This document shows, one piece after another, positions 56,576 through 64,000 of a DNA stretch of 64,000 nt. The notes below the pieces were generated by a model that saw only the letters and a list, made by a program, of their open reading frames with translations, did not search any database and was not told where the DNA came from. Positions within the stretch are counted from its first letter, which is position 1, and each line of letters opens with the position of its first letter. The position numbers were made by a program, and so were the translations under genes. Source of the stretch: Candidatus Aminicenantes bacterium (GTDB taxonomy: Bacteria > Acidobacteriota > Aminicenantia > Aminicenantales > JAFGBC01); the NCBI GenBank assembly GCA_963702005.1, contig OY969696.1:3968001-4032000 (forward strand), in the 5' to 3' direction.

Positions 56576-58190
56576 GCCAGACGTCTTTCGCGCTCAAAAA
56601 TTGCAGGCCGAGGGGCGGCAGCTTGACGTTCCGGACGAAGGGCTGGATGGACACCCGGCGCCGGATCGAGAACAGGGGCAGGACCGGACGCTCTTCGAGC
56701 AGGATCCGCTCGATGTCCCGGAACAGCTCGGTCCGCCGCGCCGAGCTCGGTTCGACTTGGGCCTTTTCGAGAAGACGGTCGACCTCGGCGTTGAAGTAGC
56801 CGATCATCCATTGATTGGCGATGGCCTTGGATTCGAACAGAGGCTGGATGATGTTCTCGGGGTCGGGAAAGTCCGTATTCCAGTCGAAGAACAGGAGGTA
56901 GGGCGTTTCAATCCTCTGGACGCTCGCCCAGTCCGAGACGGTCTGGAACTCGACCCTGATCCCCAGGGCTTCGAGCTGATCCTTGATCTCCCGGGACATC
57001 CTCTTCCGGTCCTCACGCTGGGTCCGGGCTTGGGCCACGGTCAGGACGGGGAGGTCGCGGGCGATGTCGATCCCGGCTTCGTCCAGAAGGGACCTGGCCC
57101 GCTTCGGGTCGTAGCCGTCCCGGTCGTCGATCGGGAAGAAGCCCGGGATCTTGACCGGGATGATGTTATTGGTGACCAGAGGGAGATAATAGGAGCCCGT
57201 GGCGGCCGCGGCCAGCCGGTTCTTGTCGATGGCCAAGGTCAGGGCCCGGCGTATGCGGGCGTCGTCGAGGGGAGGAATCCGGCAGCTGAAGGCGATGAAG
57301 CTAACGTCGAAAGATCCGTCCTCGACCACCTGGTAGGGAGGCTTGGACAACCTGTCCGAAAGACAGGGGAAGATGTGGACGTCCTGGCTTCGGAACTGGT
57401 CCTCCGTGAAGTGGGGGCTGAACTCCACGCCGTCCAGGTAAGCCTTCCGGCCGAAATAATCCTCGTTGCGATCCATCCGGATCCCGACGATATTGAGCTT
57501 GGGGTCCCTGATCCAATAGGCGAACTTGAACGGCCCGGTGCCCTGGGGCTTGAGGAAAAAGTCATCGCCCTGGGACAGGACGAGGTCGCGGGGCAGGATC
57601 TTGCAGAAGGACATGCAGAGGAGATAAAGCCCCGAGACGTAGGGATTCTTCCAATGGATCTCGAAGGTGGACTTGTCCTTGACGACGAAACCGGCGACGC
57701 CGTCGGCCCGTCCCTCAAAAAAATCCTGGGCGCCGACGATTCGGGGGAGGAAGTATTGACGGAACGTGGCGTCCGATTTTGGAGTGAGGAGTCTTTCGAG
57801 AGAAAATTTGACGTCATCGGCCGTGACCTCGGCCCCATGGTGGAACTTGACTCCGCGCCGGAGCTGGAAAGTGTACTTTCGGCCGTCCTCGGAAATGACC
57901 CAGTATTCGGCCAGGGCGGGAACGATATTGAGGTTGTTGTCGAGCCGGACCAGGCCGTCATAGATCTGCTCGAACACGAAAACATGACCCGGCAAGGCGG
58001 GGTCGAGCCGCGTATCGAGGCCGCTGGCAAAGGGCTTGATCCTCAGGGTGCCTCCCGTCCGCGGCCGATCCTCGCGACGGACGCCGGTCTGGGCCGCGAC
58101 CAAGGAAGATCCGAGGAACAGAGTCCCGATCAAGAACCAGGCCCCGATGCGCCGCCGTCGCTGGAATGACATGCCGACAGTCTTCACCAT
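56565..58190 (-). CDS. ABC family-5 (peptide/nickel) substrate-binding protein
   Basis: IYDGLV...PALAEYW, LRRGVKFH, ADDVKFS, GTGPFKF. Confidence 0.92.
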   Translation of the reverse strand: MVKTVGMSFQRRRRIGAWFLIGTLFLGSSLVAAQTGVRREDRPRTGGTLRIKPFASGLDTRLDPALPGHVFVFEQIYDGLVRLDNNLNIVPALAEYWVISEDGRKYTFQLRRGVKFHHGAEVTADDVKFSLERLLTPKSDATFRQYFLPRIVGAQDFFEGRADGVAGFVVKDKSTFEIHWKNPYVSGLYLLCMSFCKILPRDLVLSQGDDFFLKPQGTGPFKFAYWIRDPKLNIVGIRMDRNEDYFGRKAYLDGVEFSPHFTEDQFRSQDVHIFPCLSDRLSKPPYQVVEDGSFDVSFIAFSCRIPPLDDARIRRALTLAIDKNRLAAAATGSYYLPLVTNNIIPVKIPGFFPIDDRDGYDPKRARSLLDEAGIDIARDLPVLTVAQARTQREDRKRMSREIKDQLEALGIRVEFQTVSDWASVQRIETPYLLFFDWNTDFPDPENIIQPLFESKAIANQWMIGYFNAEVDRLLEKAQVEPSSARRTELFRDIERILLEERPVLPLFSIRRRVSIQPFVRNVKLPPLGLQFLSAKDVWLER

Positions 58191-58265
58191 GATAATGAAT
58201 AATCAGGAAAAAAGCATCCTTTCCAAAATCCATAAACCACCGTTCTTTTCATCAGGACCTACAAA

Positions 58266-58281
58266 AGCAAACTTCATGCCA
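58266..58281 (-). promoter_or_regulatory. sigma54 -24/-12 promoter
   Basis: TGGCATG-AAGT-TTGCT, upstream of the SBP-HK-RR operon. Confidence 0.8.
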
Positions 58282-58352
58282 TAAAGGACTCCGGCCGGTC
58301 CCTGGAGATCGGCCGCAACATGAGGAAAATGAGATAAATAAGGCAAGGGAAC

Positions 58353-58368
58353 GTAAAGTTTATTTACA
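58353..58368. promoter_or_regulatory. Putative enhancer (UAS) palindrome
   Basis: GTAAA-N5-TTTACA, 72 nt from the sigma54 site. Confidence 0.6.
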
Positions 58369-58397
58369 TATCCGGCCGTGGTAAAACGCTCCTTCGC

Positions 58398-59630
58398 CTA
58401 CCCGAATAGGACCTTGAGATCCCCGATCCGCTTCGCGATATCGACCCTGCGAACGCAGGTGGCGCTGCACTCCTGGCAAGACAAACAACCGGCCAAACCC
58501 CGATCCCGAGGAATGTTCTCGAGCGTCTGCCGGCACTGCCCAAAATTGGCGTAGACGGCCGCGTACATCCGGGCCCTCATCAGGCTTGGTATATCGGTTC
58601 CGCGGGGACAGGACGGTAGGCAGGAGCGACACTGGATGCAATAAGCAAGAGCGGCCGGGGACGTCTCTTTGAGGAAAGCGGCTTCCTCCGGCGTATAGTC
58701 GAGCCCCCCGGCGACGGACCAATCCGTATCGAGCTGGTCAAAGGTCGTGAATCCGGGGACGGCCGTCGCGATGAATTCATGACGGAGGGCCCACTTGAGG
58801 ACGGCCGTGTGGAGGATCGGGACTTCGTAGTACTTCTGCTGATCGCGGGGCAGTTCCTCCTTATACCAGTTCTGGGTGCACTGCGTCTTCATGGCGATGA
58901 GACCGATCCCCGCCGCGGAGGCGGCTTGCATGGCCGCCAGGAGGTCGCGATCCCCGGCCATGGCGTAGTTGAAAGCGGTCAAAACCACATCGTAGAACCC
59001 GTCGAGGCGCGCCGCCTCGAGGCATTCGGTCATACCCATGTGGGTCGAGAATCCGGCGAAGCGGATCCGGCCGCGCTTCTTGAGGTCGGACAGGGCGTCC
59101 CGGAACCCGGGATGGCGGATCTCCTCGGCCCGGCTGACGTCGTGGATGTAGAGGATGTCGACGGCGTCGGTCTGAAGGCGGACCAGGCTCTGTTCGGCCG
59201 ACCGGATGAACAGATCCTTCAAATCGGCGGCCGACAGGGAGCGCCGCTGCTCGCCCGGGATGAGAACCTTGGTCGCGATGACGGTCCGGTCGCGGACCCC
59301 GAGCTCCTTGAGGACCCGTCCCACCATCTGCTCGTTCCGGCCGCGGGCGTAGGCGCCGGCCGTGTCGAAGTGCCTCATCCCGACCTCGGAGGCCTTCCGG
59401 ACAAGCTCGGGGTTGTCCGCGTTCATAACCCCCATCGAGACGATCGGGAGCGTCAGTCCCGTCCGTCCCAGAGTCCGGGATAGGACGGGACCGGCCTTAT
59501 CCCGGGCCGGATGCGGGGTTCGGGTTTCGGCCCCCCGGGCCCAGCCGGCCGCCCCGGCGGCGGCCGCCGCCGCGCAGGCCGTTTTCGAGAAGAATTCGCG
59601 CCGTGTCATTCCTCGGGTCGGCGATGGCAT
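58398..59630 (-). CDS. Tat-exported aldo/keto reductase with C-terminal Fe-S motifs
   Basis: TRREFF, LGRTGL, FDTAGAY, CIQCRSCLPSCP, CLSCQECSATC. Confidence 0.9.
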   Translation of the reverse strand: MPSPTRGMTRREFFSKTACAAAAAAGAAGWARGAETRTPHPARDKAGPVLSRTLGRTGLTLPIVSMGVMNADNPELVRKASEVGMRHFDTAGAYARGRNEQMVGRVLKELGVRDRTVIATKVLIPGEQRRSLSAADLKDLFIRSAEQSLVRLQTDAVDILYIHDVSRAEEIRHPGFRDALSDLKKRGRIRFAGFSTHMGMTECLEAARLDGFYDVVLTAFNYAMAGDRDLLAAMQAASAAGIGLIAMKTQCTQNWYKEELPRDQQKYYEVPILHTAVLKWALRHEFIATAVPGFTTFDQLDTDWSVAGGLDYTPEEAAFLKETSPAALAYCIQCRSCLPSCPRGTDIPSLMRARMYAAVYANFGQCRQTLENIPRDRGLAGCLSCQECSATCVRRVDIAKRIGDLKVLFG

Positions 59631-59648
59631 GGACGCCTCCTTCTTTTT

Positions 59649-60911
59649 CTATTTTTGAGAGCGCAGACGGCGGGAGACCTCGATGACGTTGCGGAAGACG
59701 CGCAGGGTGTTTCCGCTCCAGATCTTCTCGATCTCCCGATCGCTGAATCCGCGCCGGATGAGCTCCTCGCTGACGTGCACCATCCCGCTCACGTCGTTGC
59801 AGCCGGTGACTCCGCCCCCGCCGTCGAAATCCGTCCCGATTCCGACGTAATCGATGCCGATGACGCGCCGGACGTGGTCGATGTGGTCGACCAGGTCCTT
59901 GACGGTCGCCTTGTTTTCGGGATACTTCAGGTCGAGCGCCTCGTATTCCGCCCGGAGCTTTTTCCGGGTCTCCTCGTCCTTGATATCCCGGTAGGATCCG
60001 TAGGTCTTCTGAAGCTCCTGGAGGGCCTTGGTCCGCTCCGGGTTGGGCGGCGTCGCTTTGACGTAGGCCGACAGAAAACAGATCTGGATGACGCCGCCGT
60101 TCCGGGCCAGGGCGCGGAGCATATCGTCGCTGAGGTTGCGGGGGTTGTCGCAGACGGCCCGGGCGCAGGAGTGGGAGGCGAGGACGGGAGCCTGGGAAGC
60201 GGCCAGGATGTCGGCGAAAGATTTGTCCGAGGCGTGGGAGACATCGACGATCATCCCCAGGCGGTTGCATTCCCAGACGACGGAGCGGCCGAATTCGCTC
60301 AGGCCGTCGTCCTGGGGACGGCTCCGGTCGGTCGAGGAATCGCAGATATCGTTGTCGGCGGTATGAACCAGGGTCAGGAGCCGAACCCCCCGATCGTAAT
60401 AATCCCGGACGAGGCCGAGGTCCTTCCCGATCGGGTAGCCGTTCTCCATGCTGAAGAAGGCGATGAGCCGGCCTTGCTTTTTGAGCCGCAGGGCGTCTTC
60501 GGGCGTCAAGGCCGGGCCGATCAGCCCCGGATAATCGCGGCACATGCCCTGGACGGCTTCGATTTCCTTGAGGGCGGTCTGGCGGGCCGCTTCGTATCCC
60601 TCGGGCGTCCGCGGCCCCTGGCCGACGAAGGCGGCAAAGAATTCCGCGTCCAGGCGTCCCTCTTTCATGCGGGGGAGGTCGATCCGCCCGCTTCCCGGGA
60701 GAGACGGGTCGTGGCGGTCCCCGATTTTCCAGTCCGAGCGCATGATGTTGAAGGGCGTGTCGCAGTGGGTGTCGATGGACAGGATCCGGTCGTGGAGGCG
60801 GCGGGCGCGCGCCGCGATATCCTCCGGGGACTGGGACACCCGGCAAGCGAGCGCTCCCATTCCGAACACGATCACGCTTAGAACAAGGGGGCCGATTTTT
60901 CGCGAGGTCAT
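59649..60911 (-). CDS. Membrane dipeptidase (M19), lipoprotein
   Basis: DTHCD, DVSH, SHS, RNLSD, GTDFDG; LAC lipobox. Confidence 0.93.
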   Translation of the reverse strand: MTSRKIGPLVLSVIVFGMGALACRVSQSPEDIAARARRLHDRILSIDTHCDTPFNIMRSDWKIGDRHDPSLPGSGRIDLPRMKEGRLDAEFFAAFVGQGPRTPEGYEAARQTALKEIEAVQGMCRDYPGLIGPALTPEDALRLKKQGRLIAFFSMENGYPIGKDLGLVRDYYDRGVRLLTLVHTADNDICDSSTDRSRPQDDGLSEFGRSVVWECNRLGMIVDVSHASDKSFADILAASQAPVLASHSCARAVCDNPRNLSDDMLRALARNGGVIQICFLSAYVKATPPNPERTKALQELQKTYGSYRDIKDEETRKKLRAEYEALDLKYPENKATVKDLVDHIDHVRRVIGIDYVGIGTDFDGGGGVTGCNDVSGMVHVSEELIRRGFSDREIEKIWSGNTLRVFRNVIEVSRRLRSQK

Positions 60912-61028
60912 CGTTTCTCCTTTGCGGGGACGGCGGTCTCTCCTTAAGTTTGTGATTATAGCATAAACGGGGGGCAAGCGATCCGGGACGGGAGTCGACA
61001 CGTCCTCCGCGCAGGGGCGGCGACATCC

Positions 61029-63350
61029 TCAGAACGTCGTACCGACGGCAAATCGGAACGCGAAGTTGGAGGTCTCTCCGCTGAAGCGGCGGCTGTTATA
61101 GGCGAAAATGAGCCGGAACGGGACGCGGAGGGCGGGGACGAACACCCTCATCTCCAGGCCTGCCGAGGAGCACAGGTTCCCGAGGCTCACGGTCTCATGA
61201 CGGGCGAACGCATTCCCGGCATCGCAGAAAAGGATCGCGTAGAGCGGACCTCCGACCGGAACGATATATTCGGCGTTGAGCACCAGGGACTTTTCGCCGC
61301 CCACGTTGACCCCTTGATCGCTGCGGGGCCCGATCGAATAGATCTCATAGCCCCGGATGGACCTCTCCCCGCCCAGATAGAACCTCTCCCAGAAGGGGAC
61401 TCCCGAGCGCCCGGTCGGCTTCACGAACTCATACCGGACATGAAGGCCGAGCACGTTCTTGGCCAAGAGGGGATGGTAGAAAGTCCACTCGAATTGGGGA
61501 TTGATGAGATCGACCTCGCCTCCCAGGATCCCGCCCGCCAGCTTGCATCCGACCAGATAGAGCGTCCCCCGGGTCGGAGTCAAGGGGCTATCCACCGTAT
61601 TTCGGAAGAGGACCGCCGAGAGGCTGCCGATGTAGTAGTGCCCGTATCCGTAGCCCCCGCCGTAATAATAAGGATTATAGGCTGACGTCGCCTCATCGCT
61701 CGAGGAGCTGACCGCACCGACGTCCGTGTATTCGAACCCATAGGAAAGGTTCGTCATCCAGAAACCGACCGCCCGGACGCCCAGGTTGTACTTGATGCCT
61801 CGGGATTGCTGGCTGAACAGGCCGGGATAGTAGATGTAGCGATTGTAGATGTCGAAGCCCAGGCTCAGGGGCATGTCAAAAACGTAGGGCTCGGTAAATC
61901 CCAGCGAGTAGTTTTTGATGCGCTTGCCAACCTGGCCCATCAACTCCAGGTTTTCTCCCGTCCCCAGAAAGTTGACCGTCGAGTAGCTCAGGGAGATGAA
62001 GGTGCCCTCGTAGCCGCTGTAGCCGGCCGAAAACTGGATGTTGTTCCGCTGGAGCTCCTTGACGTTGACGGTGACGTCTAATTTGGTCGGGTCCCCGGGA
62101 TCGGGTTTGAGTTCCGGCTCTTTCTCGAGGTCGACGATGCCGAGCTGCTTGATTCTCAGGACGCTGTCCTTGAAGAGGGCCAAGCTGAAGCGATCGCCCT
62201 CCCGGATGAGCATTTCGCGCCGGATGACCTTGTCTTTGGTGAAGGTGTTGCCCTTGAATTCGAGCCGGTCGAGATGGGCGACCTCGCCTTCCTGGATGGA
62301 AAAAGTGACCTGGACGCGCTTGCCCTTGGGGTCGAGGGTTTCGACCGGGACGATCTGCGTGTAGAGATAGCCGAGGTTCCGGTAGAGCTCTCCGATTTTC
62401 TCGACGGCCTTTTCCCTGAGCTTGGCGTTATAGACGACGCCCTCCTTGAGCTTGATCATCGAGCGGAGGGCGGGAACGGACAAGATCTTGGGACCCTCGA
62501 TCTTGACGTCGCCGACCGTGTAGCGCTCGCCCGCCCGGATCGGGATGACGATGCGCTTCATCGCCTGTTTTTTTAGGAAAATGGTCCTCTTAGTCGTCTC
62601 CTCGATTCGGGGCTCGCCGAGCGTGGCTTCCATATAGCCTTTTTCCCTGAGCGCGGACTTCAAGCGGGACAAGTCTTCGGCGAGCTTGTCCGCCTTGAAG
62701 ACGTCCTTGCCGCCGATCCAGGACAGCAGGCCGTGCTTCTTGTTGTCTTTCATGGCCGCGGCCAGGACGCTGGAGTGGACCGGAGGGTCCCCTTCGAAAA
62801 CGACCTCTCCGACCCGATTCCGCGGCCCTTCCTTGATGTGAAAGACGATCCCCAGCTCGTTGTTGTCCCGGACGGAGCGCTCAACCCGGACTTCGCCGCC
62901 GGCGAGGCCCTTCTCGGCGAACATCTCCTCGATCGCCTTCGTGATCCGCTGGATCTTGCCGGGGCTGGCGTAGGAGTAAGGAAGCGGGTAGCGGTCCTTC
63001 TCCTTGAGCTTGCCGACGATGTCGTCGGCCTTGAGCTTTTTTCCGCCCTTGAAGCCGACCTTCTTGATCACCGGATTTTCCTCGACGATGATCCTGACGG
63101 TCTTTCCGGAGGATCCCTGGTCCGCCTCCATCTTGATATCGGCGAAAAAGCCGGTCGACCACAGAATCTTGAAGTCGCGCCGCAGCGCGTCTTCGTTGAA
63201 AAAGTCGCCCTCCTTCAAAGTCAGATAATAGAGGATCGTCTCCCGGGTCACTCGCCGGTTTCCGACGGTCTCGATGCGATTGACGATCTCTTGTCCGAAC
63301 AGGAGCGGCGCCCCGAAGACAAGGATCAGGAGTCCCACCGCCTTTTTCAT
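61029..63350 (-). CDS. bamA: Outer membrane protein assembly factor BamA
   Basis: POTRA repeats (GNTFTKDKVIRRE), IRGY motif, C-terminal F. Confidence 0.92.
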   Translation of the reverse strand: MKKAVGLLILVFGAPLLFGQEIVNRIETVGNRRVTRETILYYLTLKEGDFFNEDALRRDFKILWSTGFFADIKMEADQGSSGKTVRIIVEENPVIKKVGFKGGKKLKADDIVGKLKEKDRYPLPYSYASPGKIQRITKAIEEMFAEKGLAGGEVRVERSVRDNNELGIVFHIKEGPRNRVGEVVFEGDPPVHSSVLAAAMKDNKKHGLLSWIGGKDVFKADKLAEDLSRLKSALREKGYMEATLGEPRIEETTKRTIFLKKQAMKRIVIPIRAGERYTVGDVKIEGPKILSVPALRSMIKLKEGVVYNAKLREKAVEKIGELYRNLGYLYTQIVPVETLDPKGKRVQVTFSIQEGEVAHLDRLEFKGNTFTKDKVIRREMLIREGDRFSLALFKDSVLRIKQLGIVDLEKEPELKPDPGDPTKLDVTVNVKELQRNNIQFSAGYSGYEGTFISLSYSTVNFLGTGENLELMGQVGKRIKNYSLGFTEPYVFDMPLSLGFDIYNRYIYYPGLFSQQSRGIKYNLGVRAVGFWMTNLSYGFEYTDVGAVSSSSDEATSAYNPYYYGGGYGYGHYYIGSLSAVLFRNTVDSPLTPTRGTLYLVGCKLAGGILGGEVDLINPQFEWTFYHPLLAKNVLGLHVRYEFVKPTGRSGVPFWERFYLGGERSIRGYEIYSIGPRSDQGVNVGGEKSLVLNAEYIVPVGGPLYAILFCDAGNAFARHETVSLGNLCSSAGLEMRVFVPALRVPFRLIFAYNSRRFSGETSNFAFRFAVGTTF

Positions 63351-63361
63351 GTCCGGCCCTT

Positions 63362-64000
63362 TCAAGTCTTACCGAATCGGTAGAGAAGGCCGATGGTCAA
63401 CCCGAGAAAGTCCTGCTGGGTGAAGTCATCGGTCCCGAATTTGTCGACGTCCCGCGAAAACAGGTAGTGATATTTGAGCTCGGCGGTCAGGAAGACCTTG
63501 GAGAAAAGATAAGACTCGACGCCCAACCCGATGTTGAATCCCGGGCTGGTGTCCGAGAAGCTCTCGGCCGGTTGGGAGGGCGCCGGCCAGGCTTTTCCCC
63601 ACAGGGCCGTCTGGCTGAAGCGCCAGGGGTAAATCCCGATCCCAGCGGTCAGGTAGGGTTCGACCACATAGCCGGAGCCGAGGGAGAACGTCGCGTTCAA
63701 GGATATCATCTGGATATTGAGGGCGGGAGCCTGTTCTTTGTAGGCGTAGGGCCGCTGGGCTTTCTTGACCGACAGCCATTGGAAAGCATAGCCGGCATCC
63801 AGGGCCAGGTAATCGTTGACTTGATAGCGGAGCGCCGCGCTCAGGCCGGCCCCGATGTTGACGACGCTGGAAAGCTTCTCGGTATCGCTGTAGCTGCCGC
63901 CGACGGCCAGGATCCCTCCCGGGCTCAGCCTGAAGCTCAGCCGATTCCATAATTGGCCGGCCCCCGCTCCGGATACGATCAGCAGACAGACCGCCAAGCC
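63362..64000 (-). CDS. Outer membrane beta-barrel protein, 5' partial
   Basis: Alternating beta-strand pattern; PYLTAGIG, GLLYRF. Confidence 0.75.
   Translation of the reverse strand, partial: GLAVCLLIVSGAGAGQLWNRLSFRLSPGGILAVGGSYSDTEKLSSVVNIGAGLSAALRYQVNDYLALDAGYAFQWLSVKKAQRPYAYKEQAPALNIQMISLNATFSLGSGYVVEPYLTAGIGIYPWRFSQTALWGKAWPAPSQPAESFSDTSPGFNIGLGVESYLFSKVFLTAELKYHYLFSRDVDKFGTDDFTQQDFLGLTIGLLYRFGKT

Noticed and set aside
1-64000. CRISPR array, tRNA/rRNA, integron integrase, intact transposase, sel genes
   Set aside because: None seen by eye; no regularly spaced repeats and no tyrosine-recombinase motifs in the ORF track

Overview
GC-rich, diderm bacterial DNA. The TPR Ser/Thr kinase, DUF5916, SBBP and Asp-box secreted proteins plus many peptidases suggest Ca. 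Aminicenantes/Acidobacteriota (inference only). The backbone carries many peptidases, pgsBCW, mntH, a DegQ-type protease, bamA, and a sigma54 two-component locus led by an orphan family-5 solute-binding protein. Accessory segments (1-3.5 kb, 12.8-17.1 kb, 40-46.2 kb) hold three toxin-antitoxin modules (one a MazE-MazF fusion), integrase-less integron cassettes with intact to decayed attC sites, and IS91-like tail remnants. The strongest novel signal is a secreted Asp-box beta-propeller gene (5780-7822, -) read through an in-frame UGA, followed 11 nt later by a hairpin with the E. coli fdhF-type SECIS loop (CAGGUCUG): a candidate new selenoprotein family. A second is a local sigma54 regulon with a shared enhancer palindrome, which includes a probable ~64-nt anti-Shine-Dalgarno sRNA. 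All calls come from reading motifs by eye; no database searches were run.
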